Source: Octopus sinensis (taxonomy: Eukaryota). From it: a DNA stretch of 64,000 nucleotides. The stretch is from NCBI RefSeq assembly GCF_006345805.1, contig NC_043009.1:27342001-27406000 (forward strand), written 5' to 3'. A model generated the notes under the pieces. The model saw only the letters and a list, made by a program, of their open reading frames with translations, made no database searches and had not been told where the DNA came from. The translations under genes and the position numbers were made by a program. Below, piece by piece: positions 25,569-36,772 of the stretch; within the stretch, counting starts at the first letter, position 1; each line of letters begins with the position of its first letter.

Positions 25569-28024
25569 GTCTGTCTATGTATGTATGTATATATCTATCC
25601 ATCTATCTATCTAAGTTATTTGTCTTTCAGTCTATATGTTTATTTATAATGCAGGCATGCTTGTATGGTTAAGAAGTTTGCTTCTCAATCATACGGCTTC
25701 AAGTTCAATCACACGATCTTGTGAGTAGATTTGGGAGAAATTTTCAAAAAGCCTGTCGTATAAATGTATGTATGAGAGTGTGTGTATGTGTGTGTGCATG
25801 TGTGTGTGTATTTTTCTGTCGTTGTCATGGAATCACGTGATTGTTGTAAAAGAATGTCACTGTCATAGAAGCCATGTCGTTCGGTTCGTATATTCAGTGA
25901 AAATACGTCCGGCCATGAGGGTATATTACATCGATGGGAAACGGATGGCGACAACAAATCGCGTCTGACCTATGCAAGCAGGGAAACGTAGACGTTAAAA
26001 CGACAACGATGGTATTTTATTACTTAAAAACGTTTGAAATTAATTACGTTTTACGAATCAATTATCTAAATCAATCAGTATCAAGCTTTTGTTTTATTTC
26101 CTATAAAAAACATTTTTTGTATCACAACCCTTCCTTACTAACACTGGGTTTGTAAACAAGATTTTAGATGCAAATTGCTAAATCATGAAGAACATCGGAG
26201 AGAAAGCTTTGCCAAAGGGTAATAACTTTTTCTAATATTGACACACGTTTCTAGTATACAATGAAATTATATACACTCGTATAATTAATGCGGAAGTAAT
26301 TGATATAACATCTGTTATATTATAGTAATTGGAGGGTGTGCACAACCATCTCATTGATAACATTGAAAACTAAAAATGAACTGTACCACTTGAAATGCAT
26401 GGAAGTGTAGAGTCTCCATCGCAACTTTGTGAGGGAAACGTCCTGCAGTGTAGGTGAAAGCATCGTCGAATACTGGCGTGAAATGTCAATATTTTATTAA
26501 TTCAAATTCAAAGGGAAATTTTCTTTTTCTACATTAGCTGTCTTTATTTCTTTAATTAGGCACAAGGCCTTAGTAGAGAAGGGACAACACAAAAACAGAC
26601 AAAACAATACACTGAGGTACATAGAAACACATATCGAATGAATTACGGATATAATGAAAATGAGAATGAAATGGCTTACCTTAAGCAGATAGTTCCATTT
26701 TACTGCTTTTAAATGAACGGTCTTGTATCTGTTGGTTTATAATATATGCTCTATCAACTCTTCGAAGGCCACCACCGGTAGCAATTCGTCGTAACCAATT
26801 TGTATTCCTGTCATCCCTACTCCTTTAATTTCTCTCCTCTTTCCTTCTCCAACAAAACATCTTTAAAACCTTCGTTACACTCTTTGGCCGCCAATTTATA
26901 TTCATTTGGTTCAGTTATCTTATCAAGAGACGTTACGTCATATTTCTCTTAATGAGGTGGGGTGGGGATTCCTTTTATCACTACACTCACTCATGAAAAA
27001 AAAACTCTTTCTCAATTTTGGACACCAATGATTCAACACGTGTTTTATTCTCAGAAATTCATGAAAATGAGGAAATGTAGTGTGTATGTAATGCACTTTC
27101 TTTTGCAAATGAAGTGTTCAAGCTTTGATTACTTCAAACCTCAGCTGTTTACAACCAAATATATATTTGAATTAACACTGTTGGTAATTACAATGCATAA
27201 TCTGTTTTTAATTTGGAACTAAAGCTTCCGAAGAAACAATAGTAGACTTTGAATAAAGCATCTAGCAATTATAGACTCTTTGATAGAGTTATGTTATACT
27301 AACAAAACTAATTTTATTTAAGGTTCATACTGGTTTTCTTTGATCCTGGTTGTTCTGGGAAAGTTTGGAATCAGTGCAGCATTTAATTCAGTTTATCTCT
27401 TAACAGCTGAAATTTTCCCAACCGTTGTCAGGTAAGTGTTGTTCAGACTTTAAAAAAAAAAAACTTTTCTGTCTTTTGTGGAGTGGGTAGGAATATGTGA
27501 AAGATATGAAAGCAGTTTGTCTGTCGTGTGCAACTTACCGTTGCTGCAACACTGTCTCTATCAAACATATATTTTTCCAACCCCATTCCATTTCATCGAA
27601 TTGATTCTTTACGGTTTTCTCGTCAATTCACAGGGTCGATGGTCACCCGATTTATAATATGTTGATATCCTCTAAATAAAAGATAACGTTTATTTTATGG
27701 TTTGTTACCGCAACGAAATTTCTTTCCGAATTATGTCAGTCTGGAAACCTATCAACAAAACTTAAAACTAATTATGTCAATTATATCTTAAGTACAATTC
27801 TATATTTAAGAGATGAGGAATTATGTACATTATTTACATTTGACAGATATTTGTCTTCATCTTGTTTGTTGTTAACACAACGTCTCGGCTGATATACCCT
27901 CCAGCCTTCATCGGGTGTCTTGGGGAAATTTCGAGCCTGGGTTTTCATTCCTAAGGTATTTTTCGATGTTATTATTATTATTATATTATTATTATTATTA
28001 TTAATTATTATTATTGTTGTTGTT

Positions 28025-28064
<40 letters not shown>

Positions 28065-29922
28065 TTAATAATAATAATAATAATAATATTCAGGTCACTG
28101 GCATATAGCGTAGTGGTTAAGAGCGCGGGTTACAGACCCCAAGATTCCGAGTTCGATTCCAAGCAGTGATGTGATAGTTTCTTCGTGTTGGGTTAGCGAT
28201 GGAAGAATAATCAATTAAGAAGAAGAGCATTGCGGCACGATGTCCGCATTATTAATTAGGGAGATTAAATCGGCGAGCTGGCAGAAACGTTAGCACGTCG
28301 GGCGAAATGCTTAGCGGTATTTCGTCTGCCGTTAAGTTACGTTTGCCTTTCATCCTTTCGGGGTCGATAAATTAAGTACCAGTTACGCACTGGGGTCGAT
28401 ATAATCGACTTAATCCGTTTGTCTGTCTTTGTTTGTCCTCTCTGTGTTTAGCCCCTTGTGGGTAATAAAGAAATAGATATTTTCGTCTGCCGCTACGTTC
28501 TGAGTTCAAATTCCGCCGAAGTCGACTTAGCTTTTCATCCTTTCTGAGTCGATTAAATAAGTACCAGTTACGCACTGGGGTCGATATAATCGACTTAATC
28601 CGTTTGTCTGTCCTTGTTTGTCCTCTCTGTGTTTAGCCCCTTGTGGGTAGTAAAGAAATAGGTATTTTCATCTGCCGCTACGTTCTGAGTTCAAATTCCG
28701 CCGAGGTCGACTTTGCCTTTCATTCTTTCGGGGTCGATAAATTAAGTACCAGTTACGCACTGGGGTCGACCTAGTCGACTTAATCCATTTGTCTGTCCTT
28801 GTTTGTCCTCTCTGTGCTTAGCCCCTTGTGGGCAATAAAGAAATAGGTATTTTCGTCTGTCTTTACATTCTGAGTTCAAATTCCTCCGAGGTCGACTTTG
28901 CCTTTCATCCTTTCGGGGTCAATAAATGAAGTACCAGTTGCGTACTGGGGTCGATCTAATCGACTGGCCCCTTCCCCCCAAATTTCAGGCCTTGTGCCTA
29001 GAGTAGAAATGATTATAAATTAGTTTATTATTTTATTTAAAAAGGGGATATTTCTTTGAGGTGAAGGTATTTCTATTCAATACTCTCACGGTAATACATA
29101 CTAAGAAAACATCATTGGCTAAGATAGGTGCTTCCCAACCTTATGGTTCCAGGTTCGATCCCATTGCGTAGCAGCTTGGACAAGTGTCTTCTACAATAGC
29201 CCCGGGCCGACCAAAACCTTCTGAGTGGATTGGATAGACAGAAACTGAAAGAAGCCCGTTCTGTACATACACACACACACACACACACATATATATTTAT
29301 GTGTGTGTGTGTGTGTGTGTGGTGTGTGTGTGTGTGTACAGAACGGGCTTCTTTCAGTTTCTGACACACACACATATATATTTATGTGTGTGTGTCGTTT
29401 TGTTTGTCCACCACTACCGCTTGACAACGGGTGCTGGTTGTTTACATCCGTGGAACTTAGCGGTTCGCCAAAGAGATCGATAGAATAAACGCTATGCTTA
29501 TAAATCAGTACAGAAGTCAATTCGTTCGGCTAAACCCCTTCGAGTCGGTGCCCTAGCATGGTCACAATTCAATTGTTGAAACAAGTATACAAGATATATA
29601 TAAAAAAAAACGTAGACGGGTAGATAGTTTTCCATGTATTTAAATAAAGTTGAGTTTTGCTAGAAAAATGTCAGCATTAACCTGAATATTTTTTGTTTCT
29701 TTTTTCAGAACGAATGGTTTAGGGGTAGCTTCAATGGCAGCCCGTTTCGGCAGCATATTTGCACCCTTCATTCTTCAGCTCTCATCCTATGCCAAATGGC
29801 TTCCTTTGAGTATCTACGGCGTTCTTTCATTTATATCCGGCATATCTTTGCTTTTTTTGCCAGAAACAAAAGATAAAGACTTACCGCAAACATTTGAAGA
29901 TTTGAATAACTGGAAAACCTGA
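11495..29922 (+). CDS. SLC22: Multi-exon SLC22-family organic cation/anion/zwitterion transporter (Orct-like MFS), 8 coding exons totalling 1607 nt; start exon upstream
   Basis: Exons 11495-11865, 13856-13959, 15413-15567, 20030-20198, 21986-22255, 24886-25100, 27323-27431 and 29709-29922 all have AG/GT borders and splice in frame. Motifs: FGPYQ, TIVSE|[43 protein letters not shown]. Confidence 0.95.
12308..12583. repeat. Long palindromic fold-back/MITE-like element, ~128-bp arms and ~20-nt loop
   Basis: AAAGATTTTTGCCAACATAACATGGCAGTC… is the reverse complement of …GACTGCCATGTTATGTTGGCAAAAATCTTT. Confidence 0.9.
12690..12935 (-). mobile_element. Decayed Penelope-like RT fragment
   Basis: RYVDII and [14 protein letters not shown] resemble the PLE RT YxDD and 'LNSIHPNIKFT' motifs. 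Confidence 0.45.
12958..13370 (-). mobile_element. Full-length SINE family B
   Basis: Head GGCGCAGGAGTGGCTGTGTGGTAAG (A-box-like), GGTTCAGTCCC (B-box-like), central microsatellite, tail …GACTGAAACAAGTAAAAGAG. Confidence 0.9.
13856..13959 (+). CDS. SLC22: SLC22 exon, 104 nt ([35 protein letters not shown])
   Basis: ttttcttacAG acceptor, AG|GTAAGA donor, FDLVC motif. Too short to appear in the ORF track. Confidence 0.95.
14470..15280 (-). mobile_element. Cluster of degenerate SINE family A copies
   Basis: Cores at ~14510-14670, 14935-15110 and 15120-15280. Confidence 0.75.
15413..15567 (+). CDS. SLC22: SLC22 exon, 155 nt ([20 protein letters not shown]...IIFYTM)
   Basis: ttttccgtatAG acceptor, A|GTAAGT donor. 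Completes the DRFGRK motif. Confidence 0.95.
16290..17780 (-). mobile_element. Penelope-like element relic: RT plus GIY-YIG endonuclease, inactivated
   Basis: LVSFDVV, GTAMGT…[17 protein letters not shown] (17412-17392), LPFLDI…YYKPTD…[23 protein letters not shown]; frameshifts and stops present. Confidence 0.93.
18120..18720 (-). mobile_element. Highly decayed, AT-drifted mariner 5' part
   Basis: [19 protein letters not shown] resembles a mariner transposase N-terminus; downstream similarity is faint. Confidence 0.5.
19330..19640 (-). mobile_element. Decayed mariner C-terminal relic
   Basis: The reverse strand shows residues of HDNA…LGWE…APSDYYLF…FF…KL…RW. Confidence 0.55.
20030..20198 (+). 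CDS. SLC22: SLC22 exon, 169 nt (LEFATTNSR...[11 protein letters not shown]...FACR)
   Basis: tttcAG acceptor, AG|GTGAGT donor, in frame with neighbouring exons. Confidence 0.93.
20784..21115 (-). repeat. Tandem dimer of a ~177-bp unit, each with a minimal hammerhead-like motif (Penelope pLTR-like)
   Basis: GAGGACGTGG at 20784 and 20961; motifs at 20846-20880 and 21016-21050. Confidence 0.6.
21986..22255 (+). CDS. SLC22: SLC22 exon, 270 nt (FISESPRWL...central loop...LNICFSW)
   Basis: ttccAG acceptor, TG|GTGATT donor, ESPRWL motif. Confidence 0.93.
22290..22765 (+). mobile_element. Two degenerate SINE family A copies
   Basis: Head and core similarity at ~22290-22500 and ~22535-22765. Confidence 0.7.
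23386..24052 (-). mobile_element. Non-autonomous Mutator-like (MULE) element, 667 bp
   Basis: Perfect 9-bp TSD TGAAAAAGT (23377-85 and 24053-61), GGT termini, inverted subterminal CCCGAC/ACAATTG repeats, internal transposase C-terminus (DYFED…WNMY…[11 protein letters not shown]…HPNI…DQ). Confidence 0.9.
24584..24788. repeat. Palindromic fold-back element (~75-bp outer arms plus inner hairpin)
   Basis: …GGGAGAGTCATTCTCTTTT…TTTAACACACTCACCGGTAAAATTTC versus GAAATTTTACCGGTGAGTGTGTTAAA…AAAAGAGAATGACTCTCCC. Confidence 0.88.
24886..25100 (+). CDS. SLC22: SLC22 exon, 215 nt ([10 protein letters not shown]...VIELPA...RFGHRK...TTE)
   Basis: ttttccAG acceptor, AAG|GTATCT donor, YYG and ELP motifs. 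Confidence 0.94.
27323..27431 (+). CDS. SLC22: SLC22 exon, 109 nt ([36 protein letters not shown])
   Basis: ttttatttaAG acceptor, AG|GTAAGT donor, GKF and AEIFPTVVR motifs. Confidence 0.95.
27793..28169 (-). mobile_element. tRNA-headed SINE-like element with (AAT)n linker and hammerhead-containing 3' part; head inverted (28101..28169 on +)
   Basis: A-box TAGCGTAGTGG (28106-16), B-box GAGTTCGATTCC (28149-60), CAGTGA inverted repeats at 28095-100 and 28164-69, hammerhead-like fold at 27919-27874. Confidence 0.65.
27874..27919 (-). ncRNA. Minimal type-I hammerhead ribozyme motif with two core substitutions (probably inactive copy)
   Basis: GACAC-CCGATGA-A-GGCTGG(AGGGTATA)TCAGCC-GAGA-CGT-T-GTGTT: stems I and II pair; the core would be CUGAUGA/GAAA. 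Confidence 0.6.
28266..29016 (+). mobile_element. SINE family A concatemer: one head and four cores at 185-bp period
   Basis: AAAGAAATAG unit ends at 28476, 28661 and 28846; the last unit has the alternative tail. Confidence 0.9.
29115..29590 (+). mobile_element. SINE family B copy containing an internal fold-back (29239..29363)
   Basis: CAGAAACTGAAAGAAGCCCGTTCTGTACA(CA)n…(TG)nTGTACAGAACGGGCTTCTTTCAGTTTCTG. Confidence 0.85.
29709..29922 (+). CDS. SLC22: SLC22 terminal coding exon ([20 protein letters not shown]...[21 protein letters not shown])
   Basis: tttttcAG acceptor, TM11-TM12, TGA stop at 29920-29922. Confidence 0.96.
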
Positions 29923-30239
29923 TATAGTTGTAAAAAAAAAATGCATTAACAAAAAAAAAAGCAGGAAACTATTATTTCTTCGAATATATTGTGGAATTCT
30001 AGTTTTATTTATTCATTTTTTTAAAAATTGTCAATATGATATTTTACAATAAGTTCGAAAATACAAACTGACTGATTTCCCCCTCAATTTCAAAGCTGAT
30101 AAACCAGTTTTCTAAGGCTAGTACAGGATATTGTGAGCTTCTATGTATCACAGGTCCATAGAAGAGGCCCTCTCATAATAAATAACGCAATATTCTGTGT
30201 TGTAACGCAACATTCACTTTTAGTGGGCGATAAATATTA

Positions 30240-30944
30240 CCTTCTGATATTTCTATTTAAGACGATATCTTTACATAATTTTCTGTTATTTTTACTCTTC
30301 CTGAGCAAGTTCTGCTGCAAAATATGTAAGCAAGGAAGGTGCTGCATGGCTACGCCGGATTGTCTTTCTTTCTTTGGCGTTTTGCTTCGAGGACCAGGAT
30401 GTTTTCTTCTTCAAGCTGTTTGACTTCTTTGTTGACTCCCGAGGTTTTCCATGCTGTTCTGTCCTCAGTTGACATCTCCCGAATCTGTATCAATGTGGCA
30501 CTTGGTCTAGCTGCTCTTACATGTGCCCTGAAATCTCAGCTTCAGTCGCCATCTGGGTCTGCTAGCTTGAACCAACTCGACATATAACAGCTGTTTACAA
30601 ATTCCGTTGTCATCAATCTGCTTCACATATCCGAGACATCTTCGTTTCCTTTTGCACAGAATAGTTGTAACGCTCGGAAGCGCTGCCTGTTTCAAGACTT
30701 CTGTGTTGGCTACGTTGTCTTGCCAAGTAATGCCAAGGATCTTGCGCAAGCATCTCAGATGAATGTCACTGAGTTTTCTTCTCCTTTGTCCTGTGTATCG
30801 TGTCCAGGTCTCCGATTACTAGATGAGGGTGCTCAGTGCGCATGCTCCGCAGATCCTGATTTTGGTTTTCACTGTGAGCATTCTGCTGTTTCATGCTCTT
30901 TTGATGAGTCTACCAAAAGCTGTTGCAGCTTTTCTTATCTCGAC
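30240..30944 (-). mobile_element. RTE-clade LINE 3' fragment
   Basis: KAATAFGRL…SETWT…CLRKILGITWQD…LGYVKQIDD…KQLLYVEL…RPRWRLKLRF, typical of the RTE ORF C-terminus. Confidence 0.88.
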
Positions 30945-33900
30945 ACATACATACATACATATATACATACATACATATATACATACATACATACATACAT
31001 ACATACATACATACATACATACATACATACATACACACATACACAACATACATACATTACATACATACATACATACATGCATGCATGCATGCATGCATCA
31101 TACATACATACTACATACATACATATATAACATACATACATACCACATACATACATAATACATACATACAAAACACATACATACATACATACATACATAC
31201 ATACATACATGCATGCATGCATACATACATACATACATACATACATACACCATACATACATACATGCATACATACATGCATACACACATACATACATACA
31301 TACATCCATACATACATACATACATACACACATACAACATACATCATACATACATACATACATACATACATACATACATGCATACACACATACATACATA
31401 CATACATACATACATACATACAGACATACATACATACACACATACATACATACACACATACATACATACATACATACATACATACATTACATACATACAT
31501 GCATACACACATACATCATACATACATACATACATACAACATGCATACATACCTACATACATACATACATCATCAACACATACATACTATCTTACATACA
31601 TACATACATACATACACACATCATACATACATACATACATACATACATACATGCATACACACATACATACATACATAGATCATACATACATACATGCATA
31701 CATACATACATACATACATACATACATACATACATACATACATGCATACATGCATACATACATACATACATACATACATACATACATACATACATAGATA
31801 CATACATACATACATGCTACATACATACATACATACATACATACATACATGCATACATGCATACATACATACATGCATACATGCAATACTACATACATAC
31901 ATACATACATGCATACATTCATACATACATACATACATACATACATACATACATACATACATAAATACATACATACATACATGCATACATACCTACATAC
32001 ATACATACATACATACATACATACATACATACATACATACATACATGCATACATACATACATGCATACAACATACATACATACATACATAGATACATACA
32101 TAATACATGCATACATACATACACATACATACATACATACATCATACATACATACATATTACCATACATACATACATACATACATACATACATGCATACA
32201 TGCATACATACATAACTACATAACATACATACATACATACATACATATACATACAATACATAGATACATACATACATACCTGCATACATACATACATACA
32301 TATACATACATACATACATACATGCATACATACATACATACATACATACATACATGCATACATACATACATACATGCATACATACATACATCATACATAC
32401 ATACATACATACATACATACATAATACATGCATACATGCATACATACATACATACATGCATACATACATACATACATGCATACATACATACATACATACA
32501 TACATACATACATACATACATACATACATACACATACATACATACATACATACATGCATGCATACATACATACATAATACATAATACATACATTCATACA
32601 TGCATACATGCATGCATACATACATACATACATACATACATACAGACATACATACATACATGCATACATACATGCATGCATACATACATACATACATACA
32701 TACATACATACATACATACATACATACATACATGCATACATACATGCATGCATACATACATACATACATACACACATACATACATACATACGTACATACA
32801 CACATACATACATACATACATACATACATACATACATACATACATGCATACATACATACATGCATACATACATGCATGCATACATACATACATACATACA
32901 TACATACATACATACATACATGCATACATACATCATGCATACATACATAACATACAGACATACATACATACATACATGCATACATACATAAACATCATAC
33001 ATACATACATACATGCATGCATACATACATACATACATCATGCTACATAATACATACATAAATACATACATGCATACATACATACATACATACATACATA
33101 CACACATACATACATACATACATACATACATACATACATGCATCATACATACATACATCATACATGCATACATCATACATACATACATACTGCATCCATA
33201 CATACATACATCCATACATACATACATACATACACACATACATACATGCATACATGATGCATACATACATACATACATATATACATATATACATACATAC
33301 ATCATACATACATACATACATACATACACACATACAACAACATACATACATACATACATCCATACATACATGCATACATGCATGCATACATACATACATA
33401 CATACATACATACATACATACATACATGCATACAACATACATACATACATACATACATGCATACTGCATACATACATCCATACATACAATACATACAAAC
33501 ATACATACATACTCATACATACATGCATACATACATACATACATACATAGATACATACATGCATGCATACATACATGCATACATAATACATACTACATAC
33601 ATAATGCATACATACATACATACATACATACATGCATACATACATACAATGCAATACATACATACATACATAGATACATAGATGCATGCATACATACATA
33701 CATACATACATACATCCATACATACATACATGCCTACTACATACATACATGCATACATACATCCATACATACATACATACATACATACATACATACATAC
33801 ATACATACTGCATACATCCTCATACATCATACATACATACATACATACATACATACATACATACAGACATACATGCATAATACATACATACATACATAGA

Positions 33901-36741
33901 GTACATACATGCATTACAACATACATGCATACATACATACACACATACATACATCCATAGATACATACATACATGCATACATGCATGCATACATACATAC
34001 CTACATACATACATGCTACATACATACATACATACATACATACATGCATACATGCATACATACATACACACATACATACATACATGCAATGCATGCATGC
34101 ATACATACATACATACTACATACATACATACATACATGCATACATACATCCATACATACATACATAACAACATACATGCCATTCATGCATGCATACATAC
34201 ATACATACATACATACATACATACATACATACATGCAGCATGCATGCATACATACATGCATACACATACATACATACATACATGCATGCATGGATGCAGC
34301 ATACATACATACATACATACATACATCCATAGATAGCATACATGCATGCATACTACATACATACATACATACATGCATGCATGCATACATACATACATAC
34401 ATCATACATGCTACATGCATGCAATGCATGCATACATACATACATATATACATACATACATACATACATGCATGCAATACATACATACATACATGCATAC
34501 ATACATACACACATACATACTACATACATACATGCATGCATACTACATACATACATACATGCATACATGCATGCATATATACAATACATACATACATACA
34601 TACATACATACATGCATGCGCATACATACATACATACATAGCTACATACATACATACATACATACATGCATGCATGGATGCATACATACATACATACATC
34701 ATACATACATCCATACATTACATACATACATACTACATACATGCATGCATACATACATACTACATACATACATGCATGCCTGCATGCATACATGCATACA
34801 TGCATACATACATACATACATACATACATGCATGCTGCATGCATACTCATCAACATACATACATACATACATACATACATGCATGCATACATCCATACAT
34901 ACATGCATACATACATACACACATACATACATAACATGCATGCATACATACATACATATCAGACATACATGCATGCATGCATGTACATACATACAGACAT
35001 ACATACATACATACATGCATGCAGGCATACATACATACATACATACATACATACATACATACATACATGCATGCATGGATGCATACATACATACATACAT
35101 ACATACCATACATACATACATACATCATACATACATGCATGGATACATACATACATACATACATACATACATACATACATACATACATACTGACATACAT
35201 ACATGCATGCATGGATGCATAATACATACATACATACATACATACATACATACCATACATACATACATACAACATGCATGCATGCATGCATGCCATACAT
35301 ACATACATACATACCTACATACATCTACATACATACATACACATACATACATGCATGCATACATACATACATGCATGCATGCATGCATCATACATACATA
35401 CCTACCTACATACATAACAATGCATGCATGATGCATACATACATACATACATACATACATACATACATACATACAATACATACATACATACATACATACA
35501 TACATGCATACATACATACATACATACATACATACGCATTCATGGATGCATACATCATACATACATACATACAAACACTACATCATACATACATACATGC
35601 ATACATGGATGCATACATACATACATACATTATACATACATACATACATGCATGCATGCATACATACATAACATACATACATACATGCCACATGCTACAT
35701 ACATACATGCATACATACATACATACATGCATACATACATACATACATACATACATACATACATACAGGACATACATGCATACATACATACATACATGCA
35801 TACATACATACATACATACATACATACATTCATACATTCATACATGCATACATGCATGCATACATACATACATACATACATACATACATGCATACATACA
35901 TACATGCATACATACATGCATGCATACATACATACATACATACATACATACATACATGCATACATACATACATGCATACATACATGCATACATACATGCA
36001 TGCATACATACATACATACATACATACACACATACATACATACATACATACATACACACATACATACATACATACAACTACATAACTACATACATGCATA
36101 CATACATATGCATACATACATGATGCATACATACATACATACATACATACATACATACATACATACATACATGCAAACATACATGCATGCATACATACAT
36201 ACATACATACATACATACATACAATACATGCATGCATACATACATACATACATACATACATACATACATGCATGCATACATACATACATACTACATGCAT
36301 ACATACAACATATACATACATTTACATACATACAACATACATACATACATACACATACAAAACATACATACATACATACATACATACATACATGCATGCA
36401 TACATACATACATACATAACATACATACATGCATACATACATACATACATACATAATGCATACATACTACATACATACATACATACATACATACATACAT
36501 GCATACATGCAGCATACATACATACATACATACATACATACATACATACATACATGCATACATACATACACATAACATACATACATACTACATACATACA
36601 TACAACATACATACATACATACATACATAACATACATGCATACATGCATGCATACATACATACATACATACATACATACATACATAAATGCATACATACA
36701 TACATACATAACATAGATACATGCATGCATGCATACATACA

Positions 36742-36772
<31 letters not shown>

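Noticed and set aside
26660-26950. Minus-strand coding-like relic (KYDVTSLDK…; [15 protein letters not shown]), faintly KRBA2/integrase-like, ending at AAG|GTAAGC
   Set aside because: It has stops and a frameshift, and the similarity is too weak to call without a search.
28101-28169. Functional tRNA gene
   Set aside because: It has A and B boxes, but I could not pair a proper acceptor or anticodon stem, so it is treated as a SINE head.
28266-29016. Regularly spaced repeats resembling CRISPR
   Set aside because: The units are whole SINE cores with no unique spacers.
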